A stretch of 64,000 bases of DNA from Candidatus Kaiserbacteria bacterium (GCA_963699165.1 OY969413.1:212310-276309); one strand, 5' to 3'. Positions 9,074 through 19,063 are shown, counted from the first letter of the stretch. The notes: generated by a model from the sequence alone, not told the origin. Translations and numbers: made by a program.

Positions 9074-9359
9074 AATCCGCAATTATTCGCCGTTTTCACC
9101 CGTCTCGCTTTGCGCGGGAGCGGTCGGAGTCCTTGCCGTCGCGTATATCGCGCTCATCGCCGTCGTAATGAGTTATGCCGCGCTTACGGTGGAATTTTCG
9201 CAGTCGGTTAGAAACGACGAAGCCGCGGTCGCGACGCTTGAGTCGCAGTATCTCGATGGTGTGCAGCAGGTTACCGGCACCAACTACCTTGCCGAAGGAT
9301 ACGTCAAACCGAACTCGGAAGTGTATGTGCGGGCAGAGAGCGGGACCTCAATTCGATAG
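9066..9359 (+). CDS. FtsL-like small membrane protein
   Basis: Single TM segment plus short coiled coil between rsmH and ftsI (synteny). Confidence 0.55.
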   Translation: MRKIRNYSPFSPVSLCAGAVGVLAVAYIALIAVVMSYAALTVEFSQSVRNDEAAVATLESQYLDGVQQVTGTNYLAEGYVKPNSEVYVRAESGTSIR

Positions 9360-9364
9360 AGGAT

Positions 9365-11104
9365 ATGCGCGGACAGTTTCGCTCGCGCATCCGTCTTGTT
9401 CTCGCTCTCATCGTCTTAATTGCCATTTTTATAGTCCTGCGGCTGTATTTTGTGCAGATTGTGCACGGAGCGGATTATGCGGGAAAAGCCGATCGGCAAT
9501 TCGCGTCGGGCGGCAGCGGATTGTTTGACCGCGGCTCCATATACTTCACGTCAAAAGACGGCACGCTCATCTCGGCCGCTACGCTCTCGACCGGCTTTCT
9601 TGTCGCAATAAATCCGCAAACGCTGGGCAATCCGGAAACCGCCTATACTGCGCTCGCGGCCGTCGCATCTTCGACGCTGATTGCTCACGACGCGTTTATT
9701 GCCGCGGCGGCAAAGAAATCACAGACATACATAGAAGTCGCCCATCATTTATCGGACGCCGATGGACTGTCGCTAGCCGAAAAAAATATTCCGGGCGTTC
9801 AGGTGCTGCGCGAGCGCTGGCGATATTATCCGGGCGGCTCGCTTGCCGCGCAGACAATCGGCATTGTTTCCTACGGCTCGGGCGATACGCTTGTCGGCCA
9901 AACCGGTCTTGAGGCGGAATACAATGACACACTTTCGCGAACCGGCGATTCGCTGTATCAGAATTTTTTTGCGGAGCTTTTTTCAAATGTCGGGGAATTG
10001 CTGGTGAATGCGAATGACGCGCGCGAGGGCGATGTCGTGACAACGATTGAGCCGGAAGTGCAAACTCGGCTTGAAGATGACCTCGCGGATGTCAATCAAA
10101 AATACTCGAGTAAAGAATCGGGCGGCATCATTATGGACCCTTCGACCGGCGCAATTGTCGCGCTCGCGTCGTATCCTTCGTACGATGAGAACGACCGTCA
10201 AAATGTGAATCCGGCCCTGCTTGAAAATCCGCTCGTCGAGCAAGTGCACGAATTCGGTTCCATCATGAAGCCGCTGACGATGACCTCTGCGCTCGATGCC
10301 GGCGTCATTACGCCGCAGACGACATATGACGATACCGGTTGCATTCACCCGAACGGTGCTACGGTCTGCAATTGGGACTTGAAGGCACGCGGAGTAATAC
10401 CGATGGAGCAAATCATTTTGCAATCTCTGAATGTCGGTGCGTCGTGGGTCGCGGACCGCTTGGGACAGGAAAAATTCCGCGAGTACTTTACGAAACTGTT
10501 CGGACAGAAGACGGGCATCGATTTGCCGAACGAAGGTCGTTCGCTTCTGGGCAATCTTTCTGAAACGCAGCAGGTCGATTTCGATACGGCATCATTCGGG
10601 CAGGGAATTGCGGAAACTCCCGTTCAAATGATTCGCGCCGAGGGTGCGATAGCAAACGGCGGAGCGATGGTAGAACCGCATCTGGTGAGCGCGATACGGC
10701 TTGATTCCGGAATCGTGCGGCAGCTCGATTGGAGCCGGGAGACGCAGGTATTTTCGCCGACTGCCGCTCATGAGACGACGAAGATGATGACCGACATGGT
10801 CGATCAGATGCTTCAAAACGGGAAAGCAATAATTCCAACCATGTCGGTTGCCGCTAAAACGGGAACGGCTCAGCTGACGAATGGCCAGGGCGGATACTAC
10901 AAAGACCGCTTTTTCCACTCCTTTGTCGGTTTTTTCCCGTCATACAATCCTCGGTTTATTATTCTGTTGTATACCGACGACCCGCAGCACGTAACGTATG
11001 CGTCGGAAACGCTCGATGATACCTTCCTTGACCTTGTGCATTTTCTGATTAACTATTACGCGGTGCCACCCGACCGCGGCTTTGCTACCACCACACCAAC
11101 ATGA
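9365..11104 (+). CDS. ftsI: Cell-division class B PBP (FtsI/PBP3-like)
   Basis: RGSIY, R.YP.GSLAAQ, GSIMKP (SxxK), SLN, KTGTAQ; dcw position. Confidence 0.88.
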   Translation: MRGQFRSRIRLVLALIVLIAIFIVLRLYFVQIVHGADYAGKADRQFASGGSGLFDRGSIYFTSKDGTLISAATLSTGFLVAINPQTLGNPETAYTALAAVASSTLIAHDAFIAAAAKKSQTYIEVAHHLSDADGLSLAEKNIPGVQVLRERWRYYPGGSLAAQTIGIVSYGSGDTLVGQTGLEAEYNDTLSRTGDSLYQNFFAELFSNVGELLVNANDAREGDVVTTIEPEVQTRLEDDLADVNQKYSSKESGGIIMDPSTGAIVALASYPSYDENDRQNVNPALLENPLVEQVHEFGSIMKPLTMTSALDAGVITPQTTYDDTGCIHPNGATVCNWDLKARGVIPMEQIILQSLNVGASWVADRLGQEKFREYFTKLFGQKTGIDLPNEGRSLLGNLSETQQVDFDTASFGQGIAETPVQMIRAEGAIANGGAMVEPHLVSAIRLDSGIVRQLDWSRETQVFSPTAAHETTKMMTDMVDQMLQNGKAIIPTMSVAAKTGTAQLTNGQGGYYKDRFFHSFVGFFPSYNPRFIILLYTDDPQHVTYASETLDDTFLDLVHFLINYYAVPPDRGFATTTPT

Positions 11105-12381
11105 AAAAACCCATAAAATATCTTGTCGTGATACTGCTCATCTTCCTTGCGCGGCTGGTGGTTCGCCGGTATCGCCCGAAAATCGTAATGGTAACGGGTT
11201 CGGTCGGGAAGACCTCGACAAAGGATGCAGTCGCCAAAGTGCTTGCGGCGCGCTTCTTTGTCCGAAAGAGCGAAAAGAATTTAAATACAGAATTTGGCGT
11301 TCCGATTACTATTTTCGGTGCCGATGTTCCGGATCCGTTATTCAATCCTTTTGCTTGGATTCCCGTATTCAGAAACGCGCTCGCACTGCTGCTTTTGCCA
11401 AACCACTATCCGAACATGCTTGTGCTTGAGGTCGGTGCCGATAAACCCGGCGACATGGAGCGTATTTTGCGCATTGCAATGCCGGACGCGGTTGTCGTAA
11501 CGCGGCTGCCGGAAATATCGGTGCATGTCGAAGCGTATGTTTCGCCGGAGGCGGTGCAGGAAGAAGAATTTTCTCCCGCGCATGCGCTACCGGCCGCTGC
11601 GCCGCTGATCGTGCCCTCCGATGACTGTTATGCGCTTCGCAATTCGCTCACGACGCCTGCGCGCGTGATTTCATACGGTTTCAAGAAAGGATCCACGGTG
11701 CTGATTGATACTGTCGGCTTTTATGAGTCGGATGGCGTTGTGCAGGGAATGAAAGCGTCCATCGAGGCCGCCGGCGAAACGGGGCAAGTCGTAGTAAAGG
11801 GTTCCGTCGGACGGACGCAAATTTTCCCGGCGGCGGCGGCGCTTGCGGTCGCAACAGCATTTTCGATTCCGCTTGCCGAGGCGCTCGCGGCGCTTGAAAA
11901 ATACGACCCGCCGCCGGGCCGCGGCCGCATCTTTGCCGGCAAAAACGGTTCGGTCATCATAGATGATTCATATAACGCGTCTCCGGCTGCGGTCGAAGAA
12001 GCGCTGGGAACACTCAAAAGTTTCCCGCACGCGAAACGACGTATAGCGGTGCTCGGCGACATGCTTGAACTTGGAAGATATTCGGTGACGGAGCACGAAC
12101 GAATCGGCGTGCTTGCGAAAAATTCGGCCGACATCGTGGCGGCAGTCGGCATCCGTTCGCGCGCCTATTCTGCCGCGCCCGGAAGCGCCGAAGTCATCCT
12201 GTTCGACAGTTCGCGCACCGCCGCGGCTTCCGTCGTCGACTTTGTCCGCCCGGGTGACGTCGTGCTTGTGAAGGGTTCGCAATCCGTTCGTACCGAACGC
12301 ATCGTTAAAGCTCTGCTCGCAAATCCTGCCGATGCATCGCGTCTTGCACGCCAGGAGAAGAAGTGGCTTCAGCGTTCCTAG
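11101..12381 (+). CDS. murF: UDP-MurNAc-tripeptide--D-Ala-D-Ala ligase
   Basis: VTGSVGKTSTK, IIDDSYNASP, VLGDMLELG, VLVKGSQ. Confidence 0.92.
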   Translation: MKKPIKYLVVILLIFLARLVVRRYRPKIVMVTGSVGKTSTKDAVAKVLAARFFVRKSEKNLNTEFGVPITIFGADVPDPLFNPFAWIPVFRNALALLLLPNHYPNMLVLEVGADKPGDMERILRIAMPDAVVVTRLPEISVHVEAYVSPEAVQEEEFSPAHALPAAAPLIVPSDDCYALRNSLTTPARVISYGFKKGSTVLIDTVGFYESDGVVQGMKASIEAAGETGQVVVKGSVGRTQIFPAAAALAVATAFSIPLAEALAALEKYDPPPGRGRIFAGKNGSVIIDDSYNASPAAVEEALGTLKSFPHAKRRIAVLGDMLELGRYSVTEHERIGVLAKNSADIVAAVGIRSRAYSAAPGSAEVILFDSSRTAAASVVDFVRPGDVVLVKGSQSVRTERIVKALLANPADASRLARQEKKWLQRS

Positions 12382-12420
12382 CGCATCGTTCAAAATTCTG
12401 GTATAAAAAAGTTACACAAC

Positions 12421-12492
12421 GGCCTCATCGTCTAACGGTTAGGACAGCGCCCTCTCACGGCGTAAATCGGGGTTCGATTCCCCGTGGGGTCA
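12421..12492 (+). tRNA. tRNA-Glu(CTC)
   Basis: Cloverleaf: GGCCTCA/TGGGGTC acceptor, GCGCC-CTCTCAC-GGCGT anticodon arm, GGTTCGATTCC T-arm; CCA not encoded. Confidence 0.95.
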
Positions 12493-12845
12493 CAGCGTTT
12501 TAAGCGCAGCGGAAAACGCTGTGCCACCAAGCAAAGCCTGGGAGGCTTTGCGTCGGGGAATCGAAGACCTTGCGAGCATATTTTGCGATTTCCTGAAGCA
12601 AAATATCCGCAAGGTGTACTGACCCTGTAAGGGTCGATAAGCGTAATCGCGGTCCCCGTGAGGTCACAAATGCGAACCGCCGCAAGGCGGATTTCGCATT
12701 TGTGACCCCAAGCGAGACATCTGCATGTCTCGCGACGGGGAATCGAATGGCGGAGCGATGTCCGGCTAGCAAGCCGAACCGCGAGCCGGGGCTGCGACCG
12801 AGCCGAGCGACGGCGAGGCGAGAGTTGTAGCCGATTCCCCGTGAG
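12491..12845 (+). repeat. Two tandem tRNA-Glu-derived fold-back modules
   Basis: Direct copies of the tRNA 3' end at 12653-12667 and 12832-12845; antisense CGGGGAATCGAA at 12554-12565 and 12736-12747; several intervening hairpins. Confidence 0.8.
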
Positions 12846-13029
12846 TAGGTGAAAACGTGGAGCAATCCGATTAACAATTCGTGACACAAAGCGTTTCGCA
12901 TTTCGACCGATGACGAGTGAATTATCCGTGACCGATTCCCTTGAAATGACTTGCTCCGACCTTGGGGGATAACCCTAACAAACTGCAAAGTAACTAGTAT
13001 CATATATATAGTGCGTACTTGAGCCACCT

Positions 13030-16000
13030 ATGCCGTCGCGTCGTCGCTTTTCCACACTACCTACACTCGTTTTAATACTCTCTCTTGCGCCGCTTGCTGC
13101 GCAAGCGGCGCTGTATGCCCCCGGTGCAACTCTCGACCCTGCCTGTGGTCCCACCGATCCCAATTGTGGTGTAGCCACTACTACGATTTCAGGCACCATC
13201 ACAATGAACGGAAGCATCATTCCGTCTGTTGCAAATACATACTCGCTCGGTACTGCGCAGAACACATGGAAAGACGTGTATGTAGGTCCGGGTTCATTGT
13301 ATGTGAATGGACAGGAGGTTTTGTATACCGACCCATCGCACAATGTGAATGTGAGTGCGGATGTGAACCAGGACTTGATTTTACAGACGAGCGGCACGGG
13401 AGACATTCAACTAAACCCAAGCGGAACCGGCGGATTGATTTTGCTCAAAGGAAATGTGCAGCTTTCAGCAGGGAAGACTTTGCGCAGTTCCGATGGAACA
13501 CCGCTCCAGTTTAGTGACGGCATTCAAGCAGGCAATCTCGCACTTCAGGCAAACAAGCTTGCCGCGGCAAATACAAATGGCAGTCTCGAATTTGCATCGC
13601 TTGGACTCGGTGCCGTGTACGTGAGTCACGGGAATTTCGGCATCGGCACCACTTCGCCCCTCGCCGCCCTCGCTGTCTCGGGCGGCGCCTCCATCGGTTC
13701 CGACTACAACTTCGCCGCGCCAAGTAACAGCCTCATCGTCGAAGGCCTGGTCGGTATTGGCACCACCAGTCCTTCGCAATCGCTTTCAGTAAATGGTCGC
13801 GTGTACAGTTCTGGCGGTTTCCAATTCCCAGACGGAACAATTCAAACCACCGCCGCCTTCGGCGGCGGTGCCACCTCAACTCTCCTCTCCGACTCCAACA
13901 CCTTCTCCGGCCTCGACTCATTTACAAATGCGAGCAGCAACTTCGCAGGAACTTGGCAGGGGAAAGCGCTTTCATATTTTCAAACCGCTCTTGGATACAC
14001 TCCATACAACGCAACCAACCCAAACAACTACATCCCTCTTACCGCTCTTTCGGCAGGCACCGGCATCTCATACAACAACACTACGGGCCAAATCACCAAC
14101 ACCGGCATCACTTCCAACACCGGCAACTGGGCCGGCACGTGGCAGACATATTCTCCTGCATCCTTCCAACCGGCAGGAGCATATGCAACCTTCGGGTATC
14201 CGTTCCCATCAGGCGCAACAACAACGGCACTTACAATCGACGGCGCAACATTTGCCGCAGGTTCAACAGGCAACGTCGGCATTGGGACGACGAGTCCGAC
14301 ATCTCCTTTGCAAATTGGTGTAGATAGCTTTACTACGCCAGATTTGTTAATAGGAAGTGGTGCGAATGTTGGGAACTTTATTTCTTTGTCAGGTAACAGA
14401 GGTATTATAGGTGTAAATCCTTCGAGCGGGCAATTCTCCCTTACAGCTGGGTCTGGAAAAGCTTTTGCATTTTACGTAAATAGTACAAATGCGCCAGAGA
14501 CAGGCACTCAAGCTTTGATTGTACAATCAAATGGCAACGTCGGCATCGGCAATACGTCGCCCTCCTACAAACTCGACGTATCGGGCTTCATCAACACCGA
14601 CCAATACAGCGGATACAATCAGGCGGGGAACACAGTGCTGTATGCGAGCACAACAAACAACTCGCTTGCCATTGGCGCTTCACAAGCAGCTGCGTGGATG
14701 TCAGCGTCTTCGACGCAGTGGTATAGCGTCGCAATTGGAAGTGGCGCACTTGCGACGACTCCGACAAGTGCTGGGGCACAATACAATACGGCGGAGGGCT
14801 ATCAGGATTTGAATCACAACACCACTGGCTCCTACAACTCCGCACAGGGAGCGAATGCCCTCTACAACAACACCACTGGCTCCTACAACTCCGCACAGGG
14901 GTACAAAGCCCTCTACTACAACACCACCGGCTCATACAACTCCGCACAGGGGTTCTACGCCCTCCAAAACAACACCACTGGCTCCAACAACTCCGCACAG
15001 GGTAATTCCGCCCTCCACTCCAACACCACTGGCTCCAACAACTCCGCACAGGGTCAGGCCGCCCTCTACTCCAACACCTCGGGCAATCAAAACTCAGCGC
15101 AAGGTGCGAACTCCCTCTCCTCCAACACCACTGGCTCCTACAACTCCGCACAGGGTAATTCCGCCCTCTACTCCAACACCACTGGCAACTACAACTTCGG
15201 ACTTGGTTACCAGGCAGGCTATGGCGACGGCACCAATGCCGACAACCGCTCCGTCATCGACAACTACATGACCTTCATCGGTACATACTCGTCGCGCGAC
15301 GCTTCGGTGGCTTCCACAACTGCACTTAGCAAAAGCATCGCCATCGGATACAACGCGAAAGTCGGATGCTCGAACTGCCTTGTGCTCGGTGGGACGGGTG
15401 CGGATGCGGTGAATGTGGGGATTGGCAATGTCTCTCCCTCATACCCACTCGACGTATCCGGCTTCATCAACACCGACCAATACAGCGGGTACAAACAAGC
15501 GGGGAATACGGTGCTGTATGCAAGCACGACAAACAATTCTCTCGCCATCGGGGCATCGAGCGCGGCAGCGTGGATGGCGGCATCTTCGACAAATTGGTAT
15601 AGCGTCGCAATTGGAAGTGGTGCGCTTGCGACGACTCCGACAAATGCGAGTGCGCAATACAACACTGCTGAGGGCTATCAGGCGTTAAATCACAACACCA
15701 CTGGCTCCAACAACTCCGCACAGGGGTACAAAGCCCTCAACGCCAACACCACTGGCTACAACAACTCCGCACAAGGTTTAAACGCCCTCTTATCAAACAC
15801 CACTGGCTCATGGAATGTCGCACAGGGAGTGAATTCCCTTTCCCACAACACCACAGGCTCCAACAACTCCGCACAGGGTTATCAAGCCCTCTACTTCAAC
15901 ACCACTGGCCAACAAAACTCCGCACAAGGTGTGAGCGCCCTCTACGCCAACACCACTGGCTCATACAACTCCGCACAGGGAAAAGGAGCCCTCTACTCCA

Positions 16001-17085
16001 ACACCACTGGCTCATACAACTCCGCACAGGGTTTTAACGCCCTCTCCTCCAACACCACTGGCTCATACAACTTCGGACTTGGTTACCAGGCAGGCTATGG
16101 CGACGGCTCCAACGCCGACAACCAGTCGGTCATCGACAACTATATGACCTTCATAGGAACGTACTCGTCGCGCGACGCTTCGGTGGCTTCCACAACTGCG
16201 CTAAGCAAAAGCACAGCAATCGGATACAACGCGAAAGTGGGGTGCTCGAACTGCCTTGTGCTTGGTGGGACGGGTGCGGATGCGGTAAATGTCGGCATCG
16301 GGACGACGACGCCATACGCACGATTGATGGTTTGGGGACCGGACACCGCTTCCACTTCCGCCTTTGCGATTGTGAACAGCGCATCCACCACCGTCTTCTC
16401 AATCTTCGACAACGGCAACGCCACCTATTCCGGCTCCATCTTCCAATCGTCCGATGCACGACTAAAGTCCAACGTTACTCCGCTTGATGCCTCTTCTTCT
16501 CTTGCCGCCATCAACGGACTCACGCCTGTCTCATACAACCGTCTCGACCAGAACGACTCGGGTACGAACTTGGGCTTCATCGCGCAAGCCGTACAGAGCG
16601 TGTTCCCCGAACTCGTCTCCACCACCTCTCCCACGGTACTTACCCCGGGCGGCACCCTCACGGTCAACTATGTGGGACTCATCGCGCCTCTCGTGAAGGC
16701 CGTGCAGGCGCTTTCGGGGCAGGTGAGTGCGCTTGCCTCGACGGTGACGGGTTTTGCGCAGTCGTTTACTTCGCAGAATATTACGGCAAAACAGCAACTC
16801 TGTGTCGGCGATACCTGCGTCACTGAAAGCCAGTTGAAAACGCTTTTGCAAAATGCGGGGCAGGGGAGCGGACAATCCGCGGCCGCCGCAGCGGCGGCCG
16901 CGGGCTCGGCATCGGGAAATTCGCAAGACGCGGCCGCAGGCCAAATCAAAGTCGATTCGGCAAGTTCTACCGAACAGCAAACACCTGCTGATTCCACAGC
17001 GACTTCAGCTCCTGTGACGGGGACTACAACTTCGCTTGATATAATCTCACAGACGGATTCGTCAGTTTCAAACACTACTAACTAA
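13030..17085 (+). CDS. Large secreted repeat protein (tail-fibre/adhesin-like) with a peptidase S74 intramolecular chaperone domain
   Basis: Signal peptide; GNVGIGTTSP repeats; 17-aa NTTGSYNSAQGxxAL repeats; SD.RLK...GFIAQ.V..VFPELV...VNY..L...LVKAVQ. Confidence 0.85.
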   Translation: MPSRRRFSTLPTLVLILSLAPLAAQAALYAPGATLDPACGPTDPNCGVATTTISGTITMNGSIIPSVANTYSLGTAQNTWKDVYVGPGSLYVNGQEVLYTDPSHNVNVSADVNQDLILQTSGTGDIQLNPSGTGGLILLKGNVQLSAGKTLRSSDGTPLQFSDGIQAGNLALQANKLAAANTNGSLEFASLGLGAVYVSHGNFGIGTTSPLAALAVSGGASIGSDYNFAAPSNSLIVEGLVGIGTTSPSQSLSVNGRVYSSGGFQFPDGTIQTTAAFGGGATSTLLSDSNTFSGLDSFTNASSNFAGTWQGKALSYFQTALGYTPYNATNPNNYIPLTALSAGTGISYNNTTGQITNTGITSNTGNWAGTWQTYSPASFQPAGAYATFGYPFPSGATTTALTIDGATFAAGSTGNVGIGTTSPTSPLQIGVDSFTTPDLLIGSGANVGNFISLSGNRGIIGVNPSSGQFSLTAGSGKAFAFYVNSTNAPETGTQALIVQSNGNVGIGNTSPSYKLDVSGFINTDQYSGYNQAGNTVLYASTTNNSLAIGASQAAAWMSASSTQWYSVAIGSGALATTPTSAGAQYNTAEGYQDLNHNTTGSYNSAQGANALYNNTTGSYNSAQGYKALYYNTTGSYNSAQGFYALQNNTTGSNNSAQGNSALHSNTTGSNNSAQGQAALYSNTSGNQNSAQGANSLSSNTTGSYNSAQGNSALYSNTTGNYNFGLGYQAGYGDGTNADNRSVIDNYMTFIGTYSSRDASVASTTALSKSIAIGYNAKVGCSNCLVLGGTGADAVNVGIGNVSPSYPLDVSGFINTDQYSGYKQAGNTVLYASTTNNSLAIGASSAAAWMAASSTNWYSVAIGSGALATTPTNASAQYNTAEGYQALNHNTTGSNNSAQGYKALNANTTGYNNSAQGLNALLSNTTGSWNVAQGVNSLSHNTTGSNNSAQGYQALYFNTTGQQNSAQGVSALYANTTGSYNSAQGKGALYSNTTGSYNSAQGFNALSSNTTGSYNFGLGYQAGYGDGSNADNQSVIDNYMTFIGTYSSRDASVASTTALSKSTAIGYNAKVGCSNCLVLGGTGADAVNVGIGTTTPYARLMVWGPDTASTSAFAIVNSASTTVFSIFDNGNATYSGSIFQSSDARLKSNVTPLDASSSLAAINGLTPVSYNRLDQNDSGTNLGFIAQAVQSVFPELVSTTSPTVLTPGGTLTVNYVGLIAPLVKAVQALSGQVSALASTVTGFAQSFTSQNITAKQQLCVGDTCVTESQLKTLLQNAGQGSGQSAAAAAAAAGSASGNSQDAAAGQIKVDSASSTEQQTPADSTATSAPVTGTTTSLDIISQTDSSVSNTTN
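14536..16287 (+). repeat. Intragenic tandem duplication of an 876-bp (292-aa) module, each with about eight 51-bp sub-repeats
   Basis: NVGIG starts at 14536, 15412 and 16288 (exact 876-bp period); AACACCACTGGCTC units spaced 51 bp apart. Confidence 0.9.
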
Positions 17086-17088
17086 TAT

Positions 17089-17592
17089 ATGATATATATG
17101 CACGACAAGACTCGACTTAATTTTATACAGCGTTTTTTTAGCTTCATCGGTCGCAGTTTTATTTGGATTGTTCTTTTGTTTGCAGCTGCAATTCTTTTCG
17201 GCGTCTATGAACTTGGACGATACAGCGTGTATCAAGCCAATCCGGGGCTCGCAAATGCAGAGCAGGCAAACAGCATACTTGAAAATGTGGGCAAGCTCAT
17301 CAACTTGCCAAATGAGACTCCAACGATGGCAACAATCAAAGACGCAATCAGCGCTAAGCAAGGACAGCCTTTTCTTGTAGATGCCGAGGACGGCGATGTT
17401 CTTATTGTATATCCCAATGCGGCGCAGGCGTTTTTGTATCGCCCGTCGGTGAATAAACTTATTAACGTTGGGCCGGTGACCAACGGGGGAAACTCGCCCG
17501 CGATACAGCAGCCGTCCGCACCTGCCAAATCTACGGCAGAGGCGACATCGAGCAATGACACAGGCGCTACCAGCACCAAGACGAAGAAATAG
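17089..17592 (+). CDS. Membrane-anchored hypothetical protein
   Basis: One TM segment then KLINLPNETPTMATI...QPF...GDVLIVY...LYRP, a motif set I associate with CPR hypotheticals. Confidence 0.7.
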   Translation: MIYMHDKTRLNFIQRFFSFIGRSFIWIVLLFAAAILFGVYELGRYSVYQANPGLANAEQANSILENVGKLINLPNETPTMATIKDAISAKQGQPFLVDAEDGDVLIVYPNAAQAFLYRPSVNKLINVGPVTNGGNSPAIQQPSAPAKSTAEATSSNDTGATSTKTKK

Positions 17593-17596
17593 TGCG

Positions 17597-18451
17597 GTGC
17601 GCGCTTTAACGCGCGCCGCACTTGCATTCCTATTTGCGGCTCCGTTTGCGTATGCTTCTTCGAGCAATATGGATGCAGCCAATAAATATGCATGGAGCAA
17701 TATCGGCGGATGGATCAATTTCGCGCCCGCAAACAGCACGGTCATCGTTACTGATTCTGCCATTACCGGCTACGCTTGGAGCGCAAACGACGGATGGCTC
17801 AATCTTTCGCCTGCGCAGGGCGGCGTAAGGAACGACGGACTAGGACATCTTTCGGGATTTGCATGGGATTCCGCTACCGGTTGGGTTTCATTTAACGGAG
17901 TAACAATCGACTCTTCCGGCAAATTTCACGGCATGGCAACGGGCGCAAACGATTATGCAATCAACTTTGACTGTTCTTCATGCGACGTTGTTACGTTATG
18001 GCGGCCGGCATCGTCTCATCCCTCTTCCGGTCAGGGCGGAGGCGCAATTTCGCCGGTTACTGGAGGCAGTTTGCCCGCAGTACCGTTAACGCTATTTCAG
18101 GCAATACCATTAACGGCGAACCCCCAAACTCAGTTCCCCAGAACAGCGACCGGTCAAGAAACCACAGCGGCTCGAAGTGCATCAACGGCTAAAAACCCCT
18201 CCGCAGGCGCAGTGCGTCAAACAAGTTCGACGACGAGGGCATTACGCAAGCCAACTGGTGGCTCCGCGGCCGCAACTACAACTCAAATTAAAGCCAAGAC
18301 GCCGACTCTCGCCGCAAGCACGACCGCTGAAAACAGGGTTACAACTAGCGGTTTCTATATTGGGATTGTCCCGATTCCTGCATTTGTGATTTCTCTTGCC
18401 AATAATGTCGTCTCATTCTTTAAACCATTTTTTATGGGATTGAATAAATGA
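17597..18451 (+). CDS. Secreted/surface protein with (G)YAWS..GW repeats and a T/S/A-rich linker
   Basis: GTG start with signal peptide; three YAWS/FAWD..GW.(N/S) repeats; hydrophobic C-terminus. Confidence 0.7.
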   Translation: MRALTRAALAFLFAAPFAYASSSNMDAANKYAWSNIGGWINFAPANSTVIVTDSAITGYAWSANDGWLNLSPAQGGVRNDGLGHLSGFAWDSATGWVSFNGVTIDSSGKFHGMATGANDYAINFDCSSCDVVTLWRPASSHPSSGQGGGAISPVTGGSLPAVPLTLFQAIPLTANPQTQFPRTATGQETTAARSASTAKNPSAGAVRQTSSTTRALRKPTGGSAAATTTQIKAKTPTLAASTTAENRVTTSGFYIGIVPIPAFVISLANNVVSFFKPFFMGLNK

Positions 18452-18470
18452 AGTTTTCTAATACCGAGTT

Positions 18471-18926
18471 TTAACCCAACAACCCCTCCACAACCGCCTT
18501 CACGTCTCCACCGTCCGCTTTTCCTTTCAAATCCTTCATAAGCGCGCCGATAAATTTACCGGAGTCCGCTTTGCTCGAAACGCCAAGTTCCGCCATTTTC
18601 GCCTTCGCGACAACTTCGATTTCCTCGCGGCTCATTTGAGAGGGGAGATAGGATTCGATAATTGCGAGCTCCTCTTTCTCGGGTTCCGCCAAATCGTTTC
18701 GCGATGCCTTTTCAAACTGCTCGATTGAGTCCTTGCGCTGATTTGCCGCACGTTTCAACACCGCAATTGATTCCTCATCCGTGAGAAATTCGTCCGGCTT
18801 GCGCTTCTTGGACACGACTTCGTTGGTCATTGCCGTTACTAGCGACCGAAGCGTTCGCAGCTTTACTTCGTCTTTTGCTCGCAATGCGTCGGGAATAGAA
18901 CGCTTAAGATTTTCGTGGATAGACAT
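18471..18926 (-). CDS. GatB/YqeY domain protein
   Basis: QRKDSIEQF...R.DLAE.E..EL.II..YLP.Q, GKADG. Confidence 0.9.
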   Translation of the reverse strand: MSIHENLKRSIPDALRAKDEVKLRTLRSLVTAMTNEVVSKKRKPDEFLTDEESIAVLKRAANQRKDSIEQFEKASRNDLAEPEKEELAIIESYLPSQMSREEIEVVAKAKMAELGVSSKADSGKFIGALMKDLKGKADGGDVKAVVEGLLG

Positions 18927-18941
18927 GTTTGTGATTGTAAC

Positions 18942-19051
18942 ACGCCAGTCGCCTTGCACTCGAAATGAGCGCGGTATTTTTCTGCTGAAAAATCCGCTCC
19001 TCTTACGCCGTCGCGTTGCGAGACCCATTTCTCGTGCAAGGCGACTGGCGT
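18942..19051. repeat. 110-bp element with perfect 18-bp terminal inverted repeats between divergent genes
   Basis: ACGCCAGTCGCCTTGCAC (18942-18959) / GTGCAAGGCGACTGGCGT (19034-19051). Confidence 0.8.
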
Positions 19052-19063
19052 TATACTTACAGT

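Noticed and set aside
12495-12850. RNase P RNA, tmRNA or group I intron after tRNA-Glu
   Set aside because: No recognisable conserved motifs of these RNAs; the structure is better explained by tRNA-derived repeats
14815-16075. 51-bp periodic repeats as a CRISPR array
   Set aside because: The repeats are in-frame coding units of one protein without unique spacers, and there are no cas genes in the window
14536-16287. Duplicated modules as a DGR template/variable repeat pair
   Set aside because: Both copies lie in the same ORF, differences are not confined to adenines, and there is no reverse transcriptase nearby
12473-18451. Prophage or integrative island bounded by tRNA att sites
   Set aside because: The tRNA 3' copies are only about 180 bp apart, and no integrase or distal att copy is visible
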